DNA of 64,000 nucleotides from Minisyncoccota bacterium (GTDB lineage: Bacteria > Patescibacteriota > Minisyncoccia > Phycocordibacterales > UBA9973). Made by a program: the position numbers and the translations under genes. Of the stretch, positions 28,297-38,828 are shown piece by piece; the first letter of the stretch is position 1, and every line of letters starts with the position of its first letter. The stretch spans positions 4,684-68,683 of the forward strand of contig JBAYLA010000003.1 of the NCBI GenBank assembly GCA_041664285.1, written 5' to 3'. The notes beneath the pieces were generated by a model. It was not told where the DNA came from, ran no database searches, and saw nothing but the letters and a program-made list of their open reading frames with translations.

Positions 28297-30845
28297 ATGG
28301 AGAAAGTTGAAAACATTCCAGGTCTTTCTCAAGTAGAGGCCGAAAAAATTTTAAAAATTGACGGTTTTAATGAATTACCCTCTCAGAAAAAACAGAGTGG
28401 TTTTTTTATTTTACTGAAAGTGTTGTCTGAGCCAATGCTTGTTTTGTTGCTTGGAGCTGGAGCAATCTATTTATTCTTAGGAGAAGCGAAAGATGCACTG
28501 ATGCTTCTGTCTTTTGTGTTCGTGGTTGTTGGTATCACATTTTATCAAGAAAGAAAAACAGAAAAAACACTTGAAGCCTTGCGTGATTTATCGAGTCCTA
28601 GAGCTTTGGTTATTAGAGATGGAGAGCAGAAAAGAATTGCAGGAAGGGAAGTTGTTAAAGGAGATATCATTATTGTTCATGAGGGGGATAGAATACCGGC
28701 TGATGCAGTTGTTCTTTCTTGTGAAAATCTTTCAGTGGATGAATCACTTTTAACAGGAGAATCAATGCCAGTTAGAAAAATGGAATGGGATGAAAAGATA
28801 ATAAAACAAAAACCAGGGGGGATGATTTACCTTTTGTTTATTCTGGGACAATGGTAGTAAATGGTCGAGGGATAGTGCAAGTAAATTTTACTGGTCTTAA
28901 TACTGAAATTGGTAAAATTGGCAGAAGTTTAGAAAATATCAAAGAAGAAGATACGCTTTTAAAGAAAGAAACAAAAAAAATTGTTCAATCAGTAGCTATT
29001 GTTGGGGTAATCCTTTGTTTACTTGTTGTTATATTTTACACGGTTGTTAAAGGTAGTTTAATTAATGGATTTTTGGCTGGAATAACATTAAGCATGGCAA
29101 TGCTCCCAGAGGAATTTCCAGTGGTACTTTTGATATTTTTAACTTTAGGTGCATGGAGAATTTCAAAAAGAAAAGTTCTTACTAGGCGACCTGCTGCTAT
29201 TGAGACATTAGGAGCAGCAACTGTTCTTTGTACAGACAAAACTGGAACACTTACATTAAATAAAATGGAATTAAGTAGTTTATACGCCAATGGTTCTTTT
29301 TGTGAAATTAAGGATCTAACTTTTAACAAACTTTTAGAAAAATTTGAAATTCTTTTGGAATTTGGAATTTTAGCTAGTAGAAAAGACCCATTTGATCCGA
29401 TTGAAAAAGAATTGAACAAAATTGGTAATTTATATCTTAAAAAAATAAAAGAAACTTATCATAATTACGATTTAGTAAGAGAGTATTCTTTGTCAAAAAA
29501 ACTTCTAGCCTTATCACATGTTTGGCAATCGAAAGATAAGAAAAATTTTATTCTTGCCTCTAAAGGAGCACCCGAAGCAATTTTAAAATTATGCAATTCA
29601 AGTGATGAGGAAAAGGAAAAAATTTTACAAAAAGTAAAAGAAATGTCTAAAAAGGGATTGCGGGTACTAGGGGTTGCTCGGGGAATATTTACGAGAGACG
29701 TTTTACCTGACCAACAACATGAATTTGATTTCGAATTTGTTGGTCTGCTTGGTTTTATTGATCCAGTACGAGCCACAGTTCCTAACGCTGTAAGAGAAGC
29801 TTATGATGCTGGAATAAAAGTAATTGTAATTACAGGAGATTACCCTGGTACGGCTCAATTTATAGCTAAAGAAATTGGAATAAAAAATATTGAAGAATAT
29901 TTAACAGGAGAAGATTTAGAAAAGATGGATCATTTAAAACTTCGAGAGAAAATAAAGACCATAAATATTTTTGCTAGAGTTGCACCAGAACAAAAATTAC
30001 TTATTGTAAACGCATTAAAAGCAAATGGTGAAATTGTTGCGATGACGGGTGATGGAGTAAATGATGCCCCAGCATTAAAGTCAGCTCATATTGGAGTTGC
30101 TATGGGAGAAAGAGGAACAGATGTGGCTCGAGAAGCTTCTTCCTTGGTTTTACTTAACGACGACTTTTCTTCAATTGTTGTCGCTGTTCGCTTGGGGCGA
30201 AGAATTTATAACAACTTAAAGAGGGCAATGGGATATATTTTAGCTGTACATGTTCCAATTGCCGGGATGTCTATTCTGCCTTTGTTTTTTAATATGCCGG
30301 TCGTATTGCTTCCAGCTCATATTGCTTTTTTAGAATTAATTATTGATCCTGCTTGCTCGACGGTTTTTGAAGCGGAAAAAGAAGATGAAAATATAATGAA
30401 AAGACCACCGAGGAACCTTCATCAGCGGATGTTTAATTTAAAAACAGTATCAATTAGTATGATGCAAGGGCTTGGTGTTTTGATAGCGACATTTGTTCTA
30501 TTTATTTTTGCCGTTAAGACGGGCAGGACTGAAATTGAAGCTCGATCAATTGCCTTTGTGGCATTAGTTTTGGGAAACTTAATGCTTATTGTTATTAACT
30601 TGTCATGGAGTAAAAATATTTTTAAAACCCTTAGATCTGCCAATAAAATATTCTATATGGTTTTCTTTGGAGCATTGTTGTGTTTAATGGCAGTATTATA
30701 TATACCGTTTTTTGCCAATCTTTTTCATTTAGGCCCACTAAATTATAAAGATTTTATTCTTGTAACTGCCGCTGTTTTATTAAGCTTAGCTTGGTTTGAA
30801 ATATTGAAATTATTTAAAAATAAAAATGAAATAAAATTTACTTGA
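28297..30845 (+). pseudogene. P-type cation-transporting ATPase (type II, Ca2+/Mg2+-like), interrupted by a frameshift in a G6 run at 28816-28821
   Basis: Two ORFs 28297-28857 and 28851-30845 in different frames; together give TGES, DKTGTLT, GDGVNDAPALK motifs and 8-10 TMs; inserting one G joins them (KPGGDDLPFVYSGTMVVNG). Confidence 0.75.
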
Positions 30846-30847
30846 TT

Positions 30848-31309
30848 TTATTTTTTTTCTTCTAGTTCTCCATCAATATGATCTAGCTTTTTTTCTAGTC
30901 TACTTAAAGTATTTTGTAAATTTTTAAGTTGGGTTTCTTCTGTTTCTATTTCACCTTCTTCTTTTTCTGTAATTTTTTTCTCACCGACAAGTCCAGTAAC
31001 AATAAGACGATTCCCAAGGAATTCAGTGACAAACAAACCAACCACTACAAGAATAGAAGTTCCAATAATAAGTGAGAAAATACTTCCTATACCCATATCA
31101 TCAGCTGTGTGCCATACTCCACGCCAAAACAGCACAATACCAGTACCCCCAATAAATGCATATAAAATAGGGTAATGACTTAACTTTATTCTAATTTTAT
31201 CTTCTAATTTATCAAAAAAGTCTACAAATTTTTTTATTGACATAGAAACTATTATACATGAAGATATGATAATATAAAAATATGGAAAAGAAGATAGTGA
31301 AAATTTCAA
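30848..31309 (-). CDS. hypothetical membrane protein with C-terminal acidic coiled coil
   Basis: two or three TM helices, then EKEEGEIETEETQLKNLQNTLSRLEKKL. Confidence 0.45.
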   Translation of the reverse strand: MKFSLSSFPYFYIIISSCIIVSMSIKKFVDFFDKLEDKIRIKLSHYPILYAFIGGTGIVLFWRGVWHTADDMGIGSIFSLIIGTSILVVVGLFVTEFLGNRLIVTGLVGEKKITEKEEGEIETEETQLKNLQNTLSRLEKKLDHIDGELEEKK

Positions 31310-31737
31310 AAAATCTTAAAGAAACCGCCGAAATAGCTAGAATGTTTTTCGATAAGATTTTAAAAGAAAAAAATAAAAATAAAGGTGCTTTGGTGATTGC
31401 TTTATCTGGAGACTTGGGTGCTGGGAAGACTTTTTTTACTCAAGTAGTGGCAAAATATCTTGGTATAAAGCATCATGTCACTAGTCCTACTTTTGTCATT
31501 ATGAAAAAATATCCAATCAAAACAAAAACACACAAATTTATTTTTCATTTTGATGCTTATCGTTTAGAAAGTTATAAAGAATTAATGCATTTAGGTTGGG
31601 AAGAAATTATTAATAATAAAGAGCATTTAGTTTTTATTGAATGGCCAGAAAATGTGAAAAAAGTTATTCCATTAGGAGCTAAATTTGTTTACATTTCACA
31701 TAAAGAAAATAACCAAAGAATTTTAGAACTTAAATAA
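31282..31737 (+). CDS. tsaE: tRNA t6A37 biosynthesis protein TsaE (YjeE P-loop ATPase)
   Basis: SGDLGAGKT P-loop, SPTF motif, HFDAYRL. Confidence 0.8.
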   Translation: MEKKIVKISKNLKETAEIARMFFDKILKEKNKNKGALVIALSGDLGAGKTFFTQVVAKYLGIKHHVTSPTFVIMKKYPIKTKTHKFIFHFDAYRLESYKELMHLGWEEIINNKEHLVFIEWPENVKKVIPLGAKFVYISHKENNQRILELK

Positions 31738-31740
31738 ATT

Positions 31741-32307
31741 ATGCAAACAAAAAAAAGTATTTGGGATAATAAGAAGTTGGTAGAAACTCTTGAAAAAGGT
31801 GGAGTTGTGGTTATGCCTACGGACACTATTTATGGGATTGCTGGGAAAGCACAGGACCTTATAACAGTAGAACATATTTATGCTTTACGAAAAAGAAGCC
31901 CTAATAAACCTTGTATTATTCTCATTGGTGATATTAATGAATTAGATAAATTTTCTATTACTCTTTCTGAAGAGCAAAAAAATGTTATAAAGAATTTTTC
32001 TTTACCTACAAGTTTTATCCTAGATTGTCCCCTTGAAGAATTTGCGTATTTGCATCGTGGAACGAAAACTTTAGCGTTTAGAATACCTCTAAACGAAGAT
32101 CTGAGGAAATTATTAATTCAAACGGGACCTCTCGTTGCACCTTCTGCAAACCCTGAAGGGTTGTCTCCGGCTAAAAGTATTATTGAAGCAAAAAAATATT
32201 TTGGCGACTCTGTTGATTTATATATAGATGGTGGAAATATTACCAACAAAGCCTCAAAAATTTTGAAATTAAATAAAGATGGAACGGTAATTGTCATTAG
32301 GGAATAA
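31741..32307 (+). CDS. tsaC: L-threonylcarbamoyladenylate synthase, TsaC/YrdC type
   Basis: YrdC-domain motifs (PTDTIYGI, KRSPNKPCIIL, APSAN). Confidence 0.8.
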   Translation: MQTKKSIWDNKKLVETLEKGGVVVMPTDTIYGIAGKAQDLITVEHIYALRKRSPNKPCIILIGDINELDKFSITLSEEQKNVIKNFSLPTSFILDCPLEEFAYLHRGTKTLAFRIPLNEDLRKLLIQTGPLVAPSANPEGLSPAKSIIEAKKYFGDSVDLYIDGGNITNKASKILKLNKDGTVIVIRE

Positions 32308-32330
32308 AAAGTAATTATTTAATTTTACAA

Positions 32331-33689
32331 TTACAAAAACGATACCAGTAGCGCTATGGCAAAAAGACCCATGACTATGAATGCAGTCCAGAGTCCAAGT
32401 TTAGAGGCTATGCCACTCTTATGTTCGCCCATTACATCACTCTTACTTGAAACCCTAGCAATAAAATAAATAAGTGGCACTGCAGCAATACCATTAAATA
32501 CGGCTGTAAAAACAAGCGCCTTAATAGGGTTAAAACCAATAAAGTTGAAAACCAATCCAACTAAAGTACCAACAATAATTACAAAATAAAAATTGCGAGA
32601 CTGTTTGAATTTACGGAACAAGCCCTCTTTCCAACTAAATGTCTCGGCTACTGCATAGGCAGAACTTCCAGCTAATACTGGGATACTTTGCAGACCAATA
32701 CCAACAACACCAATAGCAAAAATAAGTTTGGCTAAATATCCAGCATTAGGAAAAGTATGTACCAATGGTTCAAGTGCTCGGGCAGCATCAGCGGCCGTGC
32801 TTATGTTGGTTACTCCAGCTTGGTTTAAAACTACGGCTCCAACAATAATGATGAACCAAGCAGTTACATTGGAAAATAGCATTCCTATTGCATTATCAAT
32901 GCGTAAATTTTTTAAATACGATTTTGTTAACTTAGGAACACCACCATGTTGTGGAATTTTGTGTTTAGTAATTGCATCTTCAACCACATTACTTGTTTGC
33001 CAAAAGAATAAATATGGTGAAATAGTTGTACCAAAAATTCCTACGACAATGTATAAAAAAGAACTGTTTAATTGTATTTTAGGGATGAGGGTAGCTTTCA
33101 ATACTTCCATCCAAGGTACGGCAACTAAAAAAGCTGTAATAAAGTAAGCAAATAAAGCCATCGCTAACCATTTTAAAATTCGTATATAGGTGCGATAAGG
33201 AATGAGTACTTCCAGTAATATTATTAGCAAAGCAAAACCAATTGCTAAAACTGGGAATGAAAGACTGGGGATGATTAATCGGGTACTTTCTGCCATGGCT
33301 CCAATGTCAGCGCCGATATTAAGGGTGTTGGCGCATACCACTAATAACACAATTGGATATAATATTTTTTTTGGATAATGTTCACGAATAACCGCTGCTA
33401 ATCCTTTACCGGTGACAGCTCCTATTCTCATACAAGCTTCTTGTACGGCAGTCATAAGTGGAAGAGTGAAGAGCATAGTCCAAGGTAATAAAAAGCCAAA
33501 TTGTGCCCCAGCTTGAGAATAAGTAGCAATACCAGATGGATCATCATCGGCAGCACCGGTGACAATACCTGGACCAAGAATTTTCAAAAATCGCCCAAAT
33601 CGTTTTGGGGCTTTATTTTTTTTAACTATTTTGTCTAATGTATTATTCTGTTCAGAGTCAGCGATTATTTCATCAGGGAATTTGACCAT
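32331..33689 (-). CDS. mntH: NRAMP-family divalent metal (Mn2+/Fe2+) transporter MntH
   Basis: GPGIVTGAADDDPSGI... and MTAVQE motifs, 11-12 TMs; ATG at 33689 preferred over track GTG start at 33731, which lies inside the upstream palindrome. Confidence 0.9.
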   Translation of the reverse strand: MVKFPDEIIADSEQNNTLDKIVKKNKAPKRFGRFLKILGPGIVTGAADDDPSGIATYSQAGAQFGFLLPWTMLFTLPLMTAVQEACMRIGAVTGKGLAAVIREHYPKKILYPIVLLVVCANTLNIGADIGAMAESTRLIIPSLSFPVLAIGFALLIILLEVLIPYRTYIRILKWLAMALFAYFITAFLVAVPWMEVLKATLIPKIQLNSSFLYIVVGIFGTTISPYLFFWQTSNVVEDAITKHKIPQHGGVPKLTKSYLKNLRIDNAIGMLFSNVTAWFIIIVGAVVLNQAGVTNISTAADAARALEPLVHTFPNAGYLAKLIFAIGVVGIGLQSIPVLAGSSAYAVAETFSWKEGLFRKFKQSRNFYFVIIVGTLVGLVFNFIGFNPIKALVFTAVFNGIAAVPLIYFIARVSSKSDVMGEHKSGIASKLGLWTAFIVMGLFAIALLVSFL

Positions 33690-33720
33690 AAATAAAGTAT
33701 AGCTAATTTTTTTCTTTTGG

Positions 33721-33764
33721 TATACCCCCACACTTATTATTGATTAAATAAGTGTGGGGGTATA
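33721..33764. repeat. CCCCCAC-core palindrome (TATACCCCCACACTTATT / AATAAGTGTGGGGGTATA) in divergent mntH/murB promoter region
   Basis: 18-bp perfect inverted repeat; right arm + tail identical to 5664-5690. Confidence 0.6.
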
Positions 33765-33779
33765 ACATAGATACATAAT

Positions 33780-34793
33780 ATGAAAATTTTTAAGGACTAT
33801 AATTTGAAAGAGTTAAATACATTTAGGATTGAGGTGAAGGCTAAATTTTTTACTGAAATAAATAGCGAAAATGATTTAGTTGAACTTTTTAATCAAGAAG
33901 AATTTAAAAATAATCATAGAATGTTTTTGGGTGGCGGTAGTAATGTTTTATTTACAAAAGATTTTGATGGAATTGTGGTTTTAAATAAACTAAAAGGGAT
34001 AGAAACTACAAGGGAAGATTCTGAAAATGTCTTGGTCCGTTCTTTTGGAGGAGAGCTCTGGCAGGACCTTATAATGTTCGTGGTAAATAATGGATATTGG
34101 GGGATTGAAAATTTGGCTTTTATCCCAGGGACCGTTGGGGCTACTCCGATTCAAAATATTGGAGCGTATGGGATAGAACTCAAAGATATTTTGGAAAATG
34201 TTGAAACTTTTGAAGTTGGAACAGGGGAAAAGAAAATTTTTTCTAAAGAAGAGTGTGAATTAGGGTATAGAGATAGTGTTTTTAAAAATAAATTAAAGGA
34301 AAAATATTTTATCTCAGCCATAACTTTAAAGTTAAATAAAATACCAAGGCCAAATCTTTCTTATAAAATTCTATCTGATTATTTAGAAAAAAATAAAATC
34401 AAAATAAATGGTCCGAAAGATATTAGTGATGCTGTGACATTTATACGACAAAATAAATTGCCAAGTCCGAAGATGATAGGAAATGCAGGGAGCTTCTTTA
34501 AAAATGTTTTTATATCAAAAGAACAATTGAATCATTTACTAAAAATTTATCCAAATATGCCATATTTTGAGGAAGAAAAGGTTACAAAAATTCCAGCTGG
34601 ATGGCTCATTGAACAATGTGAATGGAAAGGGCATAAAGCTGGTAATGTCGGAGTTTATGAAAAACAAGCATTGGTTTTGGTTAATTATGGGGGGGCAACT
34701 GGGAGTGAAATTCTTGAATTGGCAAATAAAATTATAACATCTGTTAAAGAAAAATTTGGACTTGAATTACTCCCTGAAGTCAATATTGTGTAA
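33780..34793 (+). CDS. murB: UDP-N-acetylenolpyruvoylglucosamine reductase MurB
   Basis: FAD-binding domain GGGSNVLF; C-terminal MurB domain. Confidence 0.9.
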   Translation: MKIFKDYNLKELNTFRIEVKAKFFTEINSENDLVELFNQEEFKNNHRMFLGGGSNVLFTKDFDGIVVLNKLKGIETTREDSENVLVRSFGGELWQDLIMFVVNNGYWGIENLAFIPGTVGATPIQNIGAYGIELKDILENVETFEVGTGEKKIFSKEECELGYRDSVFKNKLKEKYFISAITLKLNKIPRPNLSYKILSDYLEKNKIKINGPKDISDAVTFIRQNKLPSPKMIGNAGSFFKNVFISKEQLNHLLKIYPNMPYFEEEKVTKIPAGWLIEQCEWKGHKAGNVGVYEKQALVLVNYGGATGSEILELANKIITSVKEKFGLELLPEVNIV

Positions 34794-34849
34794 AAAAAGT
34801 ATAAGGTTTACAATAAGGTTATTAAAAGGCTAATTAATTTTTTTTAGTT

Positions 34850-35317
34850 ATGGAAAAGAAAAATATGAATATAATTTTGGCAGTTGTTATCTGTGTAGTT
34901 TTAGTAGGAATTTTAATTTTTATTAGCATAAACAATAAAGAAAATATGGCTCCAAGTAATAATGATCTAAATAATGTCGCAAATAATACACCTACACCTG
35001 TTCCCACAGCAGGAGAAGGAGAGGTGGCAAAGGTGGGTGATGTGGTTTCAATGAATTACACTGGTCGTCTAGAAAATGGTACAGTTTTTGATTCTAATGT
35101 GGATCCAAAATTTAACCATGTGCAACCATTTGATTTTACCTTGGGTGCTGGACAAGTAATTGCTGGTTGGGATAAAGGAATAGTTGGAATGAAAGTGGGA
35201 GAAAAAAAGACACTAACAATACCACCAGCGGATGGTTATGGAGCAAATGGACAAGGTCCGATTCCTCCAAACTCCACTTTGATTTTTGATGTCGAGCTTT
35301 TAGCAATTAAAAAATAA
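34850..35317 (+). CDS. FKBP-type peptidyl-prolyl cis-trans isomerase, membrane-anchored
   Basis: N-terminal TM, then YTGRLENGTVFDSN...LGAGQVIAGWDKG...GEKKTLTIPP..GYG. Confidence 0.9.
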   Translation: MEKKNMNIILAVVICVVLVGILIFISINNKENMAPSNNDLNNVANNTPTPVPTAGEGEVAKVGDVVSMNYTGRLENGTVFDSNVDPKFNHVQPFDFTLGAGQVIAGWDKGIVGMKVGEKKTLTIPPADGYGANGQGPIPPNSTLIFDVELLAIKK

Positions 35318-35347
35318 TTTGCTCCAATATGTTGGGGACATAAATAT

Positions 35348-36169
35348 ATGGAAATATTACCAGAACAAAAAGTTAGAATATATCGTGGATTAAAAATTGC
35401 GCTCATTGTTTTCTTGGCTGTTTTGGTTGCTAATGCCTTGTTTGACGGTAGAGGGTATAGAGATGAAAACAAAACACCAAATACCATAACTTTCTCTGGT
35501 CATGGAGAAGTTACTGCTGTGCCTGATATTGCGAATGTCTATTTTACAATTAGCAAAGATGACACAACAGTTAAAGATGCTCAGGCAGGAGTGGCTGTAA
35601 TCGAGAAAAAAGCCTTAGATCTTTTGAAGGCAAAAGGAGTAGAAGATAAAGACATTAAGACAACTAATGCATCTTTCTATCCTAAATATGAATATAGAAA
35701 ATCTGTTTGTCCGCAACCAGCTCCATTAGATTCTATAACAGTGAGCGTCCCTTATTATTGTCCTAGTGGTAAACAAGTATTGATTGGTTATACAGCAAGT
35801 GAAAGCATTACAGTAAAAGTTCGCAACACAGATAGTGTTGGGGACATTATGCAAGGGCTCGGGACTACAGGTGTTTCTGATTTGAGTGGTCCAAGTTTTG
35901 CGATTGACAAAGAAGATGCATTAAAAGCACAAGCAAGGAAATTAGCTATTGATGATGCAAAAGCAAAGGCAAAAGTACTAGCCAAAGATTTAGGAGTGAG
36001 TTTAAAGAAGATTGTTTCTTTTTCTGAAAATGGGAATTACCCAATTATGTATGCTGAAAAAGCAATGACATCTTTGGATAGCGCAGGAAGTGCCCCATCC
36101 CCAGCAGTCCTTCCAAAAGGGGAGAATACAATATCTTCAGATGTAACGATAACTTACGAAATTAGATAA
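35348..36169 (+). CDS. SIMPL-domain (DUF541 / BP26-like) secreted protein
   Basis: N-terminal TM/signal; SIMPL-family pattern ITFSGHGEV...; inferred from family resemblance. Confidence 0.7.
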   Translation: MEILPEQKVRIYRGLKIALIVFLAVLVANALFDGRGYRDENKTPNTITFSGHGEVTAVPDIANVYFTISKDDTTVKDAQAGVAVIEKKALDLLKAKGVEDKDIKTTNASFYPKYEYRKSVCPQPAPLDSITVSVPYYCPSGKQVLIGYTASESITVKVRNTDSVGDIMQGLGTTGVSDLSGPSFAIDKEDALKAQARKLAIDDAKAKAKVLAKDLGVSLKKIVSFSENGNYPIMYAEKAMTSLDSAGSAPSPAVLPKGENTISSDVTITYEIR

Positions 36170-36222
36170 ATAATGTCTTTTTCTTTGGTTGATTGACTAT
36201 ATTGAGCAAATAGAGTATTATA

Positions 36223-36250
36223 AAAAAAGCCCTTGAAAGGGGGCTTTTTT
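36223..36250 (+). terminator. rho-independent terminator AAGCCC-ttgaaagg-GGGCTTTTTT
   Basis: GC stem followed by T6. Confidence 0.6.
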
Positions 36251-36275
36251 AAAAGAATTAAAATATTTTATTAAT

Positions 36276-36461
36276 ATGTCAAAAATAATCGAGTATTTTC
36301 AAGAAACAAAGACAGAATTGAAACATGTAATTTGGCCATCTCGAAACCAGACTTTGTACTATACGATAATAGTTATTATTTTATCTTTAGTTATCTCATA
36401 CTATTTGGGTATTTTTGATTTTATTTTTTCTCAAGGCTTACAAAAAATAATTACCCCATAA
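36276..36461 (+). CDS. secE: preprotein translocase subunit SecE
   Basis: 61 aa, single TM, position upstream of nusG-rplK. Confidence 0.8.
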   Translation: MSKIIEYFQETKTELKHVIWPSRNQTLYYTIIVIILSLVISYYLGIFDFIFSQGLQKIITP

Positions 36462-36465
36462 ATCC

Positions 36466-37011
36466 ATGGCAAAACAAGAAACATTGGGAGTCAGAAATTG
36501 GTACGCAATACATACTTACGCTGGATACGAGAACGTTGTTCTTCGTAATTTAAAACAGCGCATTGACTCTCTTGGGATGAATGACAAGATTTTCAATGTG
36601 ATTGTTCCAGTTGAAAAGAAAATAAAAATTAAAGCAGGTAAACGAGTAGAAGTGGAAGAAAAAATTTATCCAGGCTATGTGTTAGTGGATATGATTGTAA
36701 CTGACGATTCTTGGTATGTAGTGAGGAATACTCCTCGAGTGACTGGCTTCGTAGGTGCAGGAGTGAACCCTGTTCCACTAAAAAGTGACGAAGTTGAATT
36801 TTTATTTAAGAAAATGAACGTAGGTACCACTAAGCATAATATTGATATGGTGGTTGGAGAAACTGTTTTGATTAATGATGGTCCTTTTAAAGATCTAGAG
36901 GGGAAAATAAGTTCTGTCGATCAGGATCGTGGAAAAGTTAAAGTCCTTGTTTCAATGTTTGGTCGCGAAACTCCAGTGGAGCTCGATTTCTTGCAAGTTA
37001 AGAAGATTTAA
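36466..37011 (+). CDS. nusG: transcription termination/antitermination factor NusG
   Basis: NGN domain ([11 protein letters not shown]), C-terminal KOW. Confidence 0.9.
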   Translation: MAKQETLGVRNWYAIHTYAGYENVVLRNLKQRIDSLGMNDKIFNVIVPVEKKIKIKAGKRVEVEEKIYPGYVLVDMIVTDDSWYVVRNTPRVTGFVGAGVNPVPLKSDEVEFLFKKMNVGTTKHNIDMVVGETVLINDGPFKDLEGKISSVDQDRGKVKVLVSMFGRETPVELDFLQVKKI

Positions 37012-37029
37012 GTTAATCTGTATATTCAT

Positions 37030-37455
37030 ATGGCAAAGAAAATAACTAAAAAAATAAAACTACAAATTCAAGCTGCTAAAGCAACTCCAGCGCCTCCTTT
37101 AGGTCCAGCGCTTGGCCAGGCGGGTATTAACATTGGAGACTTTGTCACTAAATTTAATGCAGCGACACAAAAAATGGCTGGGGATAAAGTATCTGTAAAA
37201 ATCACTGTCTACGAAGATCGCAGTTATGATTTTATTGTTAAAACCCCTCCCGTAACAGGACTTATTTTAAAAGCAGCTGGAGTAGAAAAAGGTTCTGGTA
37301 AAAATGCTGCCACGAAAGCTGGGAAAATTACTCGTGCACAAGCCTTAGAGATAGCAAAGAAAAAAATGGCTGATTTGAATGCAAAAGACGATGAAGGCGC
37401 TATCAATATTATTGCTGGCTCTGCTCGCTCGATGGGGATTGAAGTGAAAGATTAG
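37030..37455 (+). CDS. rplK: 50S ribosomal protein L11
   Basis: [28 protein letters not shown]... Confidence 0.95.
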   Translation: MAKKITKKIKLQIQAAKATPAPPLGPALGQAGINIGDFVTKFNAATQKMAGDKVSVKITVYEDRSYDFIVKTPPVTGLILKAAGVEKGSGKNAATKAGKITRAQALEIAKKKMADLNAKDDEGAINIIAGSARSMGIEVKD

Positions 37456-37471
37456 TTTCTTAATTAAAAAC

Positions 37472-38143
37472 ATGCAAACACTTACAGAAAAGGATTATAA
37501 AAAGATTCTCATTTGTTTAACTCTTTACATTACCTCTCTTTTTGCTGCCAACACACTTGGTATTAAAACTATGCCTTTTCTTTTTAGCACTCATCTTTCG
37601 GTGGCTGTTTTTTCTTTTCCGATTGTTTTCATTATGACAGACGTTATTGGAGAAGTTTATGGAAAAAAAATGGCGAATAATTTTGTTTTTGCTGGAGTAA
37701 TCTCTATTTTACTTTTTTTGTTTTATTCTTTTATCTCTGATGTTGCACCATGGTCACAGAATAGTTCATGGGCCAAAGATTCTTTCAGCACTATTTTTGG
37801 AATTTCTGCTCGTTTTTCCATAGCATCTATTGTTGCTTTTATTATTGCAGAATATCAAGATGTTTTATCTTTCTTTTTTTTAAAGAAAAAAATTGGTGAA
37901 AAACAATTTTGGCTTCGTTCAAATCTTTCAAATGTTTGGTCACAGTTTTTTGATAGTGCTATTTTTATACTTATTGCTTTTGTAGGCACTGGGAGATACT
38001 CAGGAAAGGATATGTTGCTGATGATTATTGCTTGGTGGATTTACAAAGTCTTTATGGGATTTCTCTTTACTCCACTTTCATATTTGGGAATTCGTTTACT
38101 AAGGGGGAAACAAAGTAATGCAAGTTATATCAATCAAAACTAA
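37472..38143 (+). CDS. YhhQ/DUF165-family (queuosine-precursor transporter-like) membrane protein
   Basis: 6 TMs; ...MTDVIGEVYG... and RSNLSNVWSQFFDSAIFILIAFVG motifs typical of the family. Confidence 0.7.
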   Translation: MQTLTEKDYKKILICLTLYITSLFAANTLGIKTMPFLFSTHLSVAVFSFPIVFIMTDVIGEVYGKKMANNFVFAGVISILLFLFYSFISDVAPWSQNSSWAKDSFSTIFGISARFSIASIVAFIIAEYQDVLSFFFLKKKIGEKQFWLRSNLSNVWSQFFDSAIFILIAFVGTGRYSGKDMLLMIIAWWIYKVFMGFLFTPLSYLGIRLLRGKQSNASYINQN

Positions 38144-38828
38144 AATATTTCAGGAGAATGAAGATTTATTTGCATTTATTTTGAAATACGTTAAGAAAAT
38201 TCCTGATAATTCTGTTTTAGTTGTAACTTCTAAGATAGTAGCTTTGTCTGAGGGGAGAACTTCGGAGTATAAAAACAAAAAGCAAAAATCTGAATTAATT
38301 AAAAAAGAAAGTGAATTTTCTTTAAAAACTAAAATTGTTTGGTTAACCGTTAAAGATGGCATGGTGTTAGCAAATGCTGGCATTGATGAATCAAATGCAA
38401 AAAATAAAATAATTCTTTTACCAAAAAATAGTTTTGAGAGTGCAGAAATTTTGCGTAAAAAACTGATGAAAAAATTTCGTTTAAAGAATTTTGGTGTTTT
38501 AATAACAGACTCACGATTAATGCCGTTTCGTGTTGGAGCCGTAGGGATAGCCTTAGGTTATGCCGGTTTCAAGGGTGTTAAAAATTATATAGGGAAAAAA
38601 GATATTTTTGGTAGAGTTTTTAAAATATCAAAAACTAATATTGCTGATGGTTTAGCCACAACTGCAGTGCTCTGCATGGGAGAAGGAAAAGAACAACAAC
38701 CACTGGCCTTAATAACAGATGCACCAGTTGTTTTTACTAAAAAAATAAAAACAAACGAGCTTGTTGTTAATTTTGCAAAAGACATTTACGCTCCATTTTT
38801 TACCAATTTAAAAAATGAAAGAAAATAA
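38118..38828 (+). CDS. CofE-like gamma-glutamyl ligase family protein (F420-0:gamma-glutamyl ligase fold)
   Basis: VVTSKIVALSEGR and LANAGIDESNA motifs; overlaps upstream and downstream genes. Confidence 0.7.
   Translation: MQVISIKTKIFQENEDLFAFILKYVKKIPDNSVLVVTSKIVALSEGRTSEYKNKKQKSELIKKESEFSLKTKIVWLTVKDGMVLANAGIDESNAKNKIILLPKNSFESAEILRKKLMKKFRLKNFGVLITDSRLMPFRVGAVGIALGYAGFKGVKNYIGKKDIFGRVFKISKTNIADGLATTAVLCMGEGKEQQPLALITDAPVVFTKKIKTNELVVNFAKDIYAPFFTNLKNERK

Noticed and set aside
33690-33731. Upstream GTG start for mntH
   Set aside because: It would place the start codon inside the 18-bp palindrome; the downstream ATG (33689) gives a normal N-terminus.
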